The notes under the pieces are model-generated. The model was not told the origin of the DNA. It was given only the letters and a program-made list of their open reading frames with translations, and ran no database searches. Below are positions 1 through 12,149 of a stretch of DNA of 64,000 bases, in pieces (within the stretch, counting starts at the first letter, position 1; every line of letters starts with the position of its first letter). The DNA is from an uncultured Alphaproteobacteria bacterium. Its GTDB lineage: Bacteria; Pseudomonadota; Alphaproteobacteria; Rhizobiales; Xanthobacteraceae. Location: assembly GCA_963830125.1 (NCBI GenBank), contig CAWHKU010000004.1, positions 43,131 through 107,130 on the forward strand, in the 5' to 3' direction. Both the position numbers and the translations under genes were made by a program.

Positions 1-688
1 CGCATGCGCCGCGAAGACGACAAAATTGTCTCCGCCGGTCAATTTCAGTCGGCGCTGTCAGATCCCAATGTCGCCTACCGTACTTACCGATCAGATGCTG
101 AAGCAGGTCGCAAAGGACATGCGCGGCTGGCTGGATCAAGGCATTGCCGTTTCGATCATGTCGGTATCAACCTTTCGACCGTCCGACTTCCATCGAAACG
201 ATCTGGAACAGCGCATTTCCGAGCCTTTCGGCGCGGCCGGCGTGCCGCTGAAATATCTTTTGCTCGAAGTGACTGAAACCGTGCTGATGGACGGAAACGA
301 CCAAAAGTTGGCGGACGCTATCGAACGGCTCAGGCAGAAAGGTATGCTCGTCGCGCTCGACGATTTCGGTACCGGGTTTGCGTCACTGACGCACCTGATC
401 AGCTTTCCGGTCGACATCATCAAGATCGACAAATCTTTCGTCGACCGGATGTTGGTCGACCGGTCAAGCCGCCTGATCGTGGAATCGCTGATCGACCTTT
501 CGCGCAAGCTTGGCATGCGGATCGTAGCCGAGGGCATCGAATCCGAAGCGCAGGCGATCCGGCTACGGGAGCTCGGCTGCATCGTTCGGGCAGGGATATT
601 ATTTCGCGCGCCCGGGCGATGCCGTCCAGCACGACCACCCTGCTGCGCGACTCGACGGCCAGAAGCAGACTCGGCCTCCGAGAGATAA
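1..688 (+). CDS. EAL-domain (c-di-GMP phosphodiesterase) protein, C-terminal part; 5' end outside window
   Basis: [25 protein letters not shown] and IVAEGIE motifs in ORF 26..688; frameshifts at both ends. Confidence 0.85.
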   Translation, partial: ACAAKTTKLSPPVNFSRRCQIPMSPTVLTDQMLKQVAKDMRGWLDQGIAVSIMSVSTFRPSDFHRNDLEQRISEPFGAAGVPLKYLLLEVTETVLMDGNDQKLADAIERLRQKGMLVALDDFGTGFASLTHLISFPVDIIKIDKSFVDRMLVDRSSRLIVESLIDLSRKLGMRIVAEGIESEAQAIRLRELGCIVRAGILFRAPGRCRPARPPCCATRRPEADSASER

Positions 689-720
689 GCCGGCGAACTT
701 CAAAGCGTAAGCCGATCCGG

Positions 721-1673
721 TCAGCGATTTCCGCTTCTTCTCGATCACGTCCCAGACCATTGCCGCCGCATCTGGACCGCCGAGGTTCTTGACCGCGCGG
801 ATGCCGGTCGGCGAGGTGACGTTGATCTCGGTCAGCCAGTCGCCGATCACGTCGATGCCGACAAAGATCATGCCGCGCTCGCGCAAGCGCGGGTCCGAGC
901 CGCGCGCAGATTTCGCGCTCGCGCGGCGGTCAGGTCGGTCGCTTGCCGGCGAGCCGCCGCGCACCATGTTGGAGCGCAGATCGTCGGCGGCCGGCACGCG
1001 ATTGACCGCGCCGGCGAATTCGCCGTCGACCAGCAGAATGCGCTTGTCGCCCTGCTTCACCGCCGGCAGGAACTTCTGCATCACCCAGGGTTCGCGGAAG
1101 GTCGACCGCGAACATGTCGTATAGCGAGCCGAAGTTGAGATCGTCGTGGGTGATGCGGAACACGCCGCCGCCGCCATGGCCGTAAAGCGGCTTCATCACG
1201 ATGTCATGGTGCTCGGCCCGGAACGCCTTGATCTCGGCGAGGTCGCGCGTGATCAGGGTCGGCGGCATCAGATCGGGAAATTCGGTGACCAGAATTTTCT
1301 CGGGCGCGTTACGGACGTGGCCCGGATCGTTGACCACCAAAGTCTTGGGGTGGATGCGCTCAAGCATATGCGTGGTGGTAATATAGGCCATGTCGAACGG
1401 CGGGTCCTGGCGCAGCAGGATGACGTCGAAATCGGCAAGCGCGGTCCGCTTGGGTTCGCCCAGGGTGAAATGGTCGCCGGCCTGATCGCGCACGGTCAAA
1501 GCCTCGACAGCTGGCAAACAGCACGGCCGTTCGCCTGGGCCATCCGGTCGGGCGTGTAATAGCTCAACGAATGGCCGCGTTTTTGCGCCTCCAACAGCAG
1601 GGCGAAACGTCGAGTCGCCCTTGATGTTGATCCGCTGGATCGGATCCATCTGCACCGCGATTTTCAAGCTCAT
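721..1673 (-). CDS. gshB: glutathione synthetase (frameshifted)
   Basis: [41 protein letters not shown] and EINVTSPTG across ORFs 930..1673 and 599..1177. Confidence 0.95.
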
Positions 1674-1777
1674 GGTCGCCTTTCGAATACGCCAAAGATT
1701 AAGGAAAACAGATCGTTAAGGGTTTACCGCCATGATGGCCCAATCGTGAACCTGCGCTACACTGGGTGGAGCCGTCC

Positions 1778-3455
1778 GTGACTTTGCCGAAGCTTTCGAT
1801 TGCCGCCAAGCTTTATGGCATCTTCTGCCTTGATGGCCATAACCGCCTTGGCGCTATCCGGGGCGGCAATCGTCAACGCCCGCTATTATGCGGCTTTGAC
1901 CGCCACTTATGAATCCGCAAACGCCGGCACCATCAATGTCGAGAAGGTCAACGGGCTGATCTATGCGGTCGTGATGGACTCGCGCGGCGTCTATATGACG
2001 CCCGACGCCGAAGGCCGGAAGCAATTCATCGCCGGCATCCGCAAATTCAACGCCCAGATCGCCAAGGTAATCGCGAATTGGCAAAAGACTGTGACCGGCG
2101 ACGACGCCGAATTGTTCGCTGAGTTCTCGAAGCGCATTATCGCGTTCATCAATTACCGCGAAGAGCTGGCGCGGTTGGCCGAGAGCGGCGACCCGGCCGC
2201 GGCCCGTACGTGGGGGGTGAAAAGCCGCTCGATGCGCCAGGCGCTCAACGCGGATTTGGATAAGTTGACCGCAGTCTATGCGCAACCGCGCCAAGCGCGC
2301 CTACAATCGGATTGATGGCGGCATCGACCAGATCGTGATGTGGTTTGCCGTGTTTGCCGCGCTGGCGGCTTTGGCCACTTTGGCGCTGCTGGTGATCTCG
2401 CGCGGCATCGTCAAACCGCTCGGCGCCATCACCAGCGTGACCAAGGCGGTCGCCGACGGCGATGAAAGCATCGCCGTCCCATATAGCGGCCGCGGCGACG
2501 AGATCGGCGCGCTGGCGCGTTCGATCGGCGTGTTCCAGCAGGCCATGCAGCACAATAAGGAGCTCAACCGCACGGTCGTCGCCGACGCCGAGTGCCGCAG
2601 CCAAGCGCCAGGAGCAGATGTCGAGCGAGATCGCGCGCTTCTCCGCCGAAGTCGAAGCAACTCTGTCCGACCTCGGCCGCATCTCCGATCAAATGTTGTC
2701 GGCCTCGACCCAGCTTGCCGGCGCCGCCGACGACGCCTCGGCCAAGACCGCGCGCGCCGACGCGGCGTCATCGGAAGCATCCGCCAATGTCCGCGACATC
2801 GCCTCGGCCGCCGACGAATTGTCGGCCTCGGTCAACGAGATCGACCGCCAGGTCGCGCAATCGAATGCGATTGCGACCAAAGCGGTGACCGAAGCCGGGC
2901 CAGACCAATCTCGCCGTCAAGGAATTGGGCGAGGCGGCCGCCCGTATCGGCGACGTCGATCAAGATGATCACCGACATCGCCGAACAGACTAATTTGCTG
3001 GCGCTCAACGCGACCATCGAAGCCGCGCGCGCCGGCGAAGCCGGTCGTGGCTTCGCGGTGGTGGCCGGCGAAGTGAAGGCACTGGCCGGTCAGACCAGCC
3101 GCGCCACCGAAGAGATCAGCGCGCAGATTGCCGGCATGCAGCGGGCCACCACAGACCTCGATCGCGGCGATCAGCGCGATCGAACATACCATCCGCGAAA
3201 TCGGCAATATTTCGAGCGCCATCGCGGCGGCGGTCACCGAGCAGGGCGCCGCCACCAGCGAAATCGCTCGCAGCGTCGAAACTGCCGCGCAGCGAACGCA
3301 TCGAAACGGTGGAGCAGGTCAATCAGGTTGGCGCCGCCACCGCCGATACCCACACCAGCGCAACCCTGGTCAAGAGCGTCGCCGACGATCTCGGCCAGGT
3401 GGCCGGCCGCATCCGCGGCCAGGTCGATCAGTTCTTCGATCGGCTGAGCGCTTAA
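1778..3455 (+). CDS. methyl-accepting chemotaxis protein (periplasmic sensor, HAMP and MCP signal domains; frameshifted)
   Basis: two TM segments, HAMP motif ([12 protein letters not shown]) and [29 protein letters not shown]. Confidence 0.93.
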
Positions 3456-3460
3456 ACGCT

Positions 3461-3908
3461 TCAGTTCACTTCGAACGCGCCTGGAATATGCCGCGGCTTC
3501 TGCCCGGCGCGATCAGAATGGCGTCGAAGCGCAGGTCGCTGTAAGTGCGCCTTCGGATTGTTCGCCAGCCAGATTTCTGCCGCGGTCACGATGCGGGCGC
3601 GCTGGCGCTCGGTCACCGACCAGGCGGCATCGTCGAGCGTGGCGCGCGCTTTCACTTCGACGAAGATGATCAGGTGCCGCGTGCCCGGCGACGATGTCGA
3701 TTTCGCCGGCGCGCACCGAAAACGCCGCGCCAGAATGCGATAGCCTTTGCCGATCAGCCAGGCGGCGGCCTGACTTTCCGCCGAGATGCCGCGATTGAAC
3801 GCTGCCTGCCGCTCCGGGTCCGGTTCGCCTTTCGGCCGGTTTTGGCCGCAGGCCGGGCACGCGCGGCGCGCGCGGCAAAGGCGGATTGGTGTTGTCGTTC
3901 TTGGCCAC
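3461..3908 (-). CDS. yraN: YraN family putative endonuclease (frameshifted)
   Basis: GEIDIVA, FVEVKAR and RFDAIL motifs; lies downstream of rsmI. Confidence 0.85.
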
Positions 3909-3914
3909 CGGCGC

Positions 3915-4857
3915 TCATTCCTCGCGCGTCTTTAGTCAGTTCGAGTGCGCGTTGATAGACATCGCGGCGCGCGCGTCCGGTGGCGAGCGCGACTTCGCCG
4001 ACCGCGTCCTTGACCGACACGCGGTCGAGCGCCTGGCGCAACATGTCGTCGATATCGGCGTCGGCAGTTTCCTGTTCCGGCGGCGGCGCGATCACGATGA
4101 CGATCTCGCCGCGCGTCTCGCCGCCTTGCGCATAATCATGCGCCAAAGTCGCCAGATCGCCGCGCCGGATTTCCTCGTGCAGCTTGGTCAGTTCGCGGCA
4201 GACGGACGCTTCGCGGCGCGCCTAGGCCTGGCGGCGAGATCGGCGAGCGAAGCCGCCAGCCGTGGTCCGCTTTCGAACAGCACCAAGGTCGCCGGAATGG
4301 ACGCCAAGCTCGGCGATGCGCTTTTGCCGCGCGCCTTGCTTGGGCGGCAGGAAGCCCTCGAAGAAAAACCGGTCGGTCGGCAGCCCGGCGAGCGACAGCG
4401 CGCGTCAGCACGGCCGACGCGCCCGGCAGCGCGGTGACGTTGTGGCCGGCCGCGACCGCCGCGCGCACCAGCCGGTAGCCGGGATCGGAAATCAGCGGCG
4501 TGCCGGCGTCGGACACCAAGGCGACCGACTGGCCTCGGCTCAAGCCGGGCCAGAATCTTCGGCAACGCCTCGTCGGAATTGTGCTCGTGATAGGCCATCA
4601 GCGGCGTGCCGATGCCGTAGCGCTCGGTCAGCTTGCGGGTGACGCGGGTGTCCTCGCAGGCGATGCAGTCGGCCGCCGGCCAGCGTTTCCAGCGCCCGCA
4701 GGCTAATGTCGCCGAGGTTCCCGATCGGGGTGGCGACCAGATAGAGCCCGGGCGCGGCGGCCCGGGCCTCGATGGCCGCGCCGAGTGGCGCGTAGACGCG
4801 CGCCCGGCCGCCGGTTCTATCGTCTTTGCCGTGTTCGCGGCTGATGTCTTGGACCAT
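3915..4857 (-). CDS. rsmI: 16S rRNA (cytidine1402-2'-O)-methyltransferase (frameshifted)
   Basis: [42 protein letters not shown] and RGEIVIVI. Confidence 0.93.
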
Positions 4858-5004
4858 GCGGCACTCTAGCCGGATCGGGCCATTTTGCGACAAATGCGGG
4901 TCCGCGGTCACGCCCGGCGCGCGCCAAATTCTCTTATCTTTTCATTACCTTAACTTTTGCAGGACAAAATGACCGATAACGTTTAGGACTGACACAGTAT
5001 TATT

Positions 5005-6237
5005 TTGTTGCGTGGGGAGCGGCCCTTTTGGGAACGCAGGCTGAAAACCAGGGAATTAGCCGCGGCGCTTTGGCACGGTGGTTGGTGTCGCCATGGCGGC
5101 GCTGGCGCTTGCCGCCTGTACCAGCGGCGCCTTCGACCGGCTTCGGCGGCCAGCGCCGCGCCGCAGGAGGCGGCGCCGGACCGAAGTGCGCCGATCGGCA
5201 CCGGCCAGATCCGCGTCGGCCTGATCCTGCCGCTGTCGGCGCAGGGCAATGCCGGCATCGCCGCGCAGTCGATGAAAAACGCCGCCGAAATGGCGCTGGC
5301 CGAATTCAAAGAGCCGAACATCCAGTTGCTGGTGAAGGACGACGGCGGCACGCCGCAAGGCGCGCAAGCCGGCGCCCAGCAGGCGATCGACGAAGGCGCC
5401 GAGATCATCATCGGTCCCTTGTTCGCGCAGTCGGTCAGCGCGGTCGGCCAGGTGGCGCGCCAGCGCGGCATTCCGGTGATCGCGTTTTCGACCGACGCCA
5501 GCGTCGCCGCGCGCGGCGTTTATCTGTTGAGCTTCCTGCCGGAGTCCGATGTCAAACGCATCGTCGATTACGCGATTTCGCGCGGCAAGCGTTCGTTCGC
5601 GGCGCTGTTGCCCGACAATGCCTATGGCGCGGTGGTGCAGGCGGCGTTCCAGCAGGAAGTGGCGCGGCGCGGCGGCCGTATCGTCGCGCTTGAAAAATAT
5701 CCGCTCGATCCAAGCCAGATGGGCGAGGCGGTGCGCGCGGTGTCGCGCAGGCCGCCAGCCGCGCCGACAGCATCTTCATTCCCGATGGCGCCGACGCGGT
5801 GCCGCAAGTGGTGGCGGCGCTCGCCGCCAATCACGTCAACCTGCGGCGCGTGCAATTGCTCGGCACTGGCCTGTGGGACGAGAAGCGCATCTTCGAGACG
5901 CCAGTCGCTGCGCGGCGGCTGGTATGCCGCGCCCGATAATGCCGGCTTCCGCAATTTCTCGGCGCGCTATCGCGCGCGTTACGGCCAGGATCCGGTGCGC
6001 ACCGCGACGCTTGCCTATGACGCGGTCGCGCTGGTGGCGGCGCTGGTGAAGACGCAAGGTCCGCAACGCTTCAGCGAGCAGGTGCTGACCGGCTCGTCCG
6101 GCTTTGCCGGCATCGACGGCATGTTCCGCTTCCGCACCGACGGCACCAACGAGCGCGGCCTCGCCGTGTTGCGCGTCGCGCCCGGCGGCGGCCAGGTGGT
6201 CAGCCCGGCGCCGAAGGCGTTCGCGCCTGGGACGTAA
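5005..6237 (+). CDS. penicillin-binding protein activator LpoA-like / periplasmic binding protein type 1 (frameshifted, start uncertain)
   Basis: VGLILPLSAQG, IIIGPLFA, LAYDAVAL and GFAGIDGMFRFRTDG; divergent from rsmI as in the conserved yraLMN context. Confidence 0.8.
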   Translation: MLRGERPFWERRLKTRELAAALWHGGWCRHGGAGACRLYQRRLRPASAASAAPQEAAPDRSAPIGTGQIRVGLILPLSAQGNAGIAAQSMKNAAEMALAEFKEPNIQLLVKDDGGTPQGAQAGAQQAIDEGAEIIIGPLFAQSVSAVGQVARQRGIPVIAFSTDASVAARGVYLLSFLPESDVKRIVDYAISRGKRSFAALLPDNAYGAVVQAAFQQEVARRGGRIVALEKYPLDPSQMGEAVRAVSRRPPAAPTASSFPMAPTRCRKWWRRSPPITSTCGACNCSALACGTRSASSRRQSLRGGWYAAPDNAGFRNFSARYRARYGQDPVRTATLAYDAVALVAALVKTQGPQRFSEQVLTGSSGFAGIDGMFRFRTDGTNERGLAVLRVAPGGGQVVSPAPKAFAPGT

Positions 6238-6243
6238 AGAGTT

Positions 6244-7443
6244 TTACGCCGCCAGATCCGCGACCACCGCGTCGAGCAGCGGAAAGCCGCTCGGCGTCAC
6301 GCGCAGGCGGCCGTTATCCATGGTCTCGACCGCGCCGCCATCCATCAGGAAGGCCAGACGCGTTTCGGATCGAGCGTGCGGCCCGACAAATGCCGTGAAG
6401 CGTTTCGGGTCGATGCCTTCGGCGAGGCGCAATCCCATCAGCAAAAATTCATCGGCGACTTCGCCCGGCTGCAATTTTTCGTCGACGGTGAGGCCGTGGC
6501 CTTGTGTTTCGACAAGCTCGAGCCAGGCTTCCGGCTTCTTTTCGGTTTCGGTGGCATAGCGCCGGCCGTCGATATTCAAGCGGCCATGCGCGCCCGGACC
6601 GACGCCGGCATATTCGTGGCCGCGCCAGTACACCAGATTGTGCCGGCATTCCGCGCCGGGCCGCGCGTGATTGGAGACTTCATAAGCCGGCAGTCCGGCG
6701 TCGGCGCAAATCTGTTGCGTCAGGTCGTAAAGATCGCGGCCGAGATCCTCGTCCGGTACGATCAGTTTGCCGGCCTTGTGCAAGCCGAAGAACGGCGTGC
6801 CCGGCTCGATGGTGAGTTGATAGAGCGAGAGATGTTCGGCCGCTTCCGAGATCGCGCGCTTGAGTTCGGCCGTCCAGCCTTCAAGCGTCTGGCGCGGGCG
6901 CGCATAAATCAGATCGAACGAATAACGATCGAAGATCGAACGCGCGACCGCGACGGCGTCGAGCGCTTCCTGCGCCGTGTGCAGCCGGCCGAGTTCTTTC
7001 AGCGAGGCATCGTCGAGCGCCTGCACGCCGAGCGAGACGCGGTTGACGCCGGCCGCGCGATAGCCGCGAAAGCGCGTCGCTTCGACGCTGGTCGGATTGG
7101 CTTCGAGCGAGACTTCGACATCGCCGGCGAGCGTCCAGTGCTTGCCGATTGAATTGAGAATCGCGCTTCAACGGTCGAGGCTGCATCAGCGACGGCGTGC
7201 CGCCGCCGAAGAAAATCGTCGAGACCGTGCGTGCGCCGGTGCGCGTTCGGCGGCGTCGGCGATTTCGTTTTCGATCGCGCGCACGATAACGCGCCTCATC
7301 ATAGCCGCCGTGGCGCACATGGCTGTTGAAGTCGCAATAAGGGCACTTCGACAGACAGAACGGCCAGTGCACATAGACGGCGAATTCTGGCGCCGCGGAA
7401 ACAGGTCGCAGCCAGGACCGGGCTTTGAGTGGTTAAATGTCAT
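6244..7443 (-). CDS. hemW: radical SAM heme chaperone HemW (HemN-like; frameshifted)
   Basis: [17 protein letters not shown] (CxxxCxxC), FFGGGTPS and YEVSNHA; downstream of rdgB. Confidence 0.92.
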
Positions 7444-7529
7444 GTTAACTCTCTATAGACCGGAGTGCGCTTAAACAGCCAGCAAAGCCGCGTCTTTGCG
7501 GCGGATAAGTAATTAAAATTGTAATGAAA

Positions 7530-8174
7530 TTTATGGTTCGCAAACACGCCTTCGCCAGCTTCACGAAAGCGCGTGCGCGGTGCGACAGGCCCATGGCCTT
7601 TCGGCGGCAGGCCGTGCTTTTCCTCCGCCGTCATTTCGCCGAAGGTGCGTTCATGACCGTCGGGCAGGAACAGCGGATCATAGCCAAAGCCGGCTTCGCC
7701 ACGCGGCGGCCAGACGATGACGCCGTCGACGCGGCCTTCGAATTCTTCGATGTGGCCGTCGGGCCAGGCCAGACACAACGCGGCGATGAAATGCGCGCGG
7801 CGCTGTTCCGGCGCCTTGGCGCCGCGTTCGATCAGAAGCGTCTGAATGCGGTTCATCGCGCCGCGAAAATCCTTGTCGGGCCCGGCCCAGCGCGCCGAAT
7901 GAATGCCGGGTTCGCCGCCGAGCGCCTCGACCACCAGACCGGAATCGTCGGCGAACGCCGGTTTGCCGGTCGCCTTCATCGCCGCCATCGCCTTGATGCG
8001 CGCATTGGCGGCGAAGGTTTTGCCGGTCTCGTCCGGTTCGGCGAGATTCAGTTCGGCCGCCGATTGCGCCTCGATGCCGTAAGGCGACAGCAATTCGCGC
8101 ATCTCGGCGAGCTTGCCGGGATTATGCGTGGCGATGACGAGCGGGCCGGTCAGGTGGCGGTGTTCAGGACAAGC

Positions 8175-8178
<4 letters not shown>
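7530..8178 (-). CDS. rdgB: non-canonical purine NTP pyrophosphatase (RdgB/HAM1)
   Basis: [30 protein letters not shown] and SHRARA. Confidence 0.93.
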
Positions 8179-8891
<713 letters not shown>

Positions 8892-9027
8892 CGGGCATCG
8901 TCCTTATCTGGTTTAATCGGCTTAATTTGCGAATGCGGCACACCATAACCATATGTGAAGCTTGAACAAGTCCGGCGTGACGGTCATTGCTTGCCGGTCA
9001 TCGGCCGATATTTCCAGGAGTAGAAGC

Positions 9028-10116
9028 TTGGCTTCCCACGACGTTCCCATCGGCGCCAGTCAGGTGAGCCTCGCCGCGCTCAATGAGCGCTCGCGCGAGA
9101 TTTTCCGCTCGATCGTCGAAAGCTACCTGACCACCGGCGAGCCGGTCGGCTCGCGCAATCTGTCGCGCATTCTGCCGATCTCGTTGTCGCCGGCCTCGGT
9201 GCGCAACGTGATGTCGGACCTCGAACAGCTCGGGCTGATCTTCGCGCCGCATACCTCCGCCGGCCGATTGCCGACCGAACTGGGCCTGCGGTTCTTTGTC
9301 GATGCGCTTGATGCAGATCGGCGATCTGACCGAAGACAACCGGCGTTCGATCGAGTCGCAGGTGGCCGGCGCCGGCGCCAATAAGTCGGTCGGAAGCGGT
9401 GCTGACCGAAGCCTCGCAGATGCTGTCGGGGCTGACGCGTTCGGCCGGCGTCGTGTTGACCGCCAAGATCAATGTCGCGGCTCAAACATATCGAATTCGT
9501 CCGGCTGGAGCCGGAACGCGCGCTCGCCGTGCTGGTCGCGGAAGACGGCCAGGTCGAAAACCGCGTGCTCAATGTGCCGTCGGGCCTGCCGAGTTCGGCG
9601 CTGACCGAGGCCGCCAATTTTCTCAACGCGCATATTCGCGGCAAGACGCTGGCCGAGCTGCGCACCGAGATCGAGAGCGCGGTCACGCAAGGCAAGGCCG
9701 AACTCGATCAATTGACGCAGAAGGTCATTTCGGCGGGCCTCGCGAGTTGGTCGGGCGGCGACAACGACGAGCGCCAGCTGATCGTGCGCGGCCACGCCAA
9801 TCTGCTCGACGATTTGCACGCGCTCGACGATCTGGAGCGGGTGCGCTCGCTGTTCGACGCGCTGGAGACCAAACGCGGCGTCATCGACCTGCTGGGCCGG
9901 GCCGAGCGCGCCGACGGCGTGCGCATCTTCATCGGCTCGGAGAACAAGCTGTTCTCGCTGTCGGGCTCCTCGACCATTGTCGCGCCCTATCGCGACGGTG
10001 AAGGCCGCATCGTCGGCGTCATCGGTGTCATCGGGCCGACCCGGCTCAATTATGCCCGCATCATCCCGATGGTCGATTACACCGCCCGCGTGGTCAGCCG
10101 GCTGTTGTCGGGCTGA
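9028..10116 (+). CDS. hrcA: heat-inducible transcription repressor HrcA (frameshifted)
   Basis: [26 protein letters not shown] and [10 protein letters not shown]; SD AGGAG before TTG start. Confidence 0.95.
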
Positions 10117-10176
10117 GTCCACTGACGTGCGCGGCTCACAAAAAGTGCCGGTTTTTCGGGGATTTTGCGCGGAAAG

Positions 10177-10205
10177 CTTGATTTTTCGGCCGCCAGCCCT
10201 GATAT
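10177..10205 (+). promoter_or_regulatory. putative RpoH (sigma32) promoter of grpE
   Basis: CTTGAT-N15-CCTGATAT resembles the alphaproteobacterial CTTG..CCTATAT consensus. Confidence 0.5.
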
Positions 10206-10244
10206 CCGGGGCAACCAGATATTTGACAAGATGGATTGAGCATT

Positions 10245-10904
10245 ATGACGGATCAGACCGCGCGCAAGGCTGAGGACGCGGCCCTGAGGCGGACAACGCC
10301 ACGGTTTCGCCCGAGGCACAGCGCCCGAGACCCGGCCGATCCCAAGCCGTATACATGCCGGACAACGATGCCGGCCGAGCAGGTCGACCGCTCGCGCAAG
10401 CCAGCGCGAAGCCCTCGAATACAAGGACAAGCTGCTGCGCACGCTGGCCGAGATGGAAAATCTGCGCAAGCGGACCGAGCGCGAAGTCGCCGACGCGCGG
10501 CAATACGGCATCGCCGGTTTTGCCCGCGACGTGCTGGCGGTCGCCGACAACATGCATCGCGCGCTGGCGACCATCGAACCGGCGCAACGCGAAGCCGCCG
10601 ATCCGACCGTCAAGGCGATGATCGAAGGCGTCGAACTGACCGAGCGCGAATTGATGAAGGCGCTGGAAAAAAACGGCGTGCAAGCAAATTCACGCCGGAG
10701 GGCGAGAAGTTCGATCCGAATCTGCATCAGGCGATGTACGAAGTGCCGAACGCGGACGTGCCGGCCGGCCATGTCGCGCAGGTGATCCAGTCCGGCTACA
10801 TGATCGGCGAGCGCATGTTGCGGCCGGCGCTGGTCGGCGTGTCGAAGCCGGCCGCCAAGCCGGCGGCGAACGGCAATACGCCATCCGGCAGCGCCTCCAA
10901 CTAA
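10245..10904 (+). CDS. grpE: nucleotide exchange factor GrpE (frameshifted)
   Basis: [19 protein letters not shown] and [16 protein letters not shown]. Confidence 0.95.
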   Translation: MTDQTARKAEDAALRRTTPRFRPRHSARDPADPKPYTCRTTMPAEQVDRSRKPARSPRIQGQAAAHAGRDGKSAQADRARSRRRAAIRHRRFCPRRAGGRRQHASRAGDHRTGATRSRRSDRQGDDRRRRTDRARIDEGAGKKRRASKFTPEGEKFDPNLHQAMYEVPNADVPAGHVAQVIQSGYMIGERMLRPALVGVSKPAAKPAANGNTPSGSASN

Positions 10905-11205
10905 TCGGCTTTCAAATTAATTAAGCATTCGCGCAGCGTCGCGGCATCGCCTTCGGTTGTTTAACCGTTTGCTGATGCCGCGGCGCTGTCGCTTTTTCAA
11001 CACAGCGGCAAAAAAGATTTGTGCCGGCTCGCCGCCGCGTATGACGCGATGACGGGCGCCGGCGTTACGAATTTCAACAGCTATAAAATAGTGTTCGCGG
11101 ACGCGCTTTGCGTTTGCGAAGTCGAACAACGCCTTAGGGCCAGACTCTTCATTGGAATAATTCGAGTGTGGATCGTCGCGTGACCGATGCCGTCCATCAG
11201 GCCTG

Positions 11206-11286
11206 CTAGTTCTACATTAGACTAGTTATAAGCTATTGATATTACTCATCTTTTTTGTTGACGCCGGCGCCGCGCCCGAACAAGGT
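11206..11286 (+). promoter_or_regulatory. AT-rich operator region (ICE/Irr-like) plus putative sigma70 promoter of the efeO-like gene
   Basis: ATTAGAC-TAG-TTATAAG (11216-11232) matches TTTAGAA-N3-TTCTAAA at 10/14; TTGACG (11258)-N17-CAAGGT. Confidence 0.4.
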
Positions 11287-11323
11287 CGCGGCGAAATTTA
11301 CCGCCGCAGGAGCAACCGTCATC

Positions 11324-12143
11324 ATGAAGTCGAGTATCTCGTCCAACATCCGTCAGCGCATCACGCAGCTTGGCTGTGCGCTTGCGCTCGCTGCTTTCAC
11401 CGACCGGCGCCGCGCAGGCGGCAACGATGGAAGCCGGCGTCAAGGCCTTCAAGCCGTTCATCGTCGAACACATCGGCAAAGCCATTGCCGGCGCCAAGGA
11501 ATTGCAGACGGCGGTGAAGGCCGGCGACGTCAAGAGCCGCACAGGCCGCCTGGATCAAGTCGCGCAAGGGCTGGGAAGCGATGGAGACCGTGACCGGCAC
11601 CTATTTCGGCGACATCGACAAGGTCGTCGACGCCTGGCCGGACGCCAAGCAAGGCTATCACGCCATCGAAGTGGTGCTGTTCAAGGCCGAGCAAGGTCGA
11701 CGGCCTCGACAAGCCGGTCGCCGACATGCTCGGCCAGTCTCGAAACGTTCGAGAAGCGCGCCAAGTCGACAGGAATTCAAATTCGACGGCGCAGAAGCTG
11801 CTCGAGGGCACCGCCAACCTTGCCTACGAAGTCGGCGAGGAAAAATCGAACGGCGGCGAATCGCCTTATGCCGGCACTTCGATCGTCGACATGCAGGAAA
11901 ACGTCGAAGGCATCGAGATGGCCTACAAGCTGGTGTTCGCCGACACGTTGACGAAGGCCGATCCCAAGCTCGCCAGCATCATCGACGAGAGCATCTCGAA
12001 GCTCGAGAAACTGGTCAAGGTCGAAGACATCAAGAGCCATGGACCAGAAGGCCGTGCATGTCGCCGGCGAAGAACTGGCGGCCTTGCTGCTGACCGCCGC
12101 GCCGAAACTCAAGCTCAAGTCGTTCAAGGTTGGAGACGAGTGA
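11324..12143 (+). CDS. EfeO/EfeM-like imelysin (peptidase M75) periplasmic metal-binding protein without cupredoxin domain (frameshifted)
   Basis: signal peptide ending AQA; WEAME (ExxE), GYHAIE (GxHxxE) and ESPYAGTSIVDMQENVEGI. Confidence 0.8.
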
Positions 12144-12149
12144 ACGATC

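Noticed and set aside
7433-7530. TTAA..TTAAC and an AT-rich spacer between rdgB and hemW as a CtrA box
   Set aside because: The spacing is 8 rather than 7, and the site overlaps the presumed hemW start.
8892-9027. CIRCE element near hrcA, grpE or dnaK
   Set aside because: No TTAGCACTC-N9-GAGTGCTAA was found; sigma32-like promoters explain grpE and dnaK.
10917-11129. 70-aa minus-strand ORF after grpE
   Set aside because: It has a TTG start, atypical codon usage and no recognizable motif.
11135-11170. TTAGGGCCAGACTC resembling an IS5-family end at the left edge of the metal cassette
   Set aside because: It is only about 14 bp, with no partner end or transposase, so it cannot be supported.
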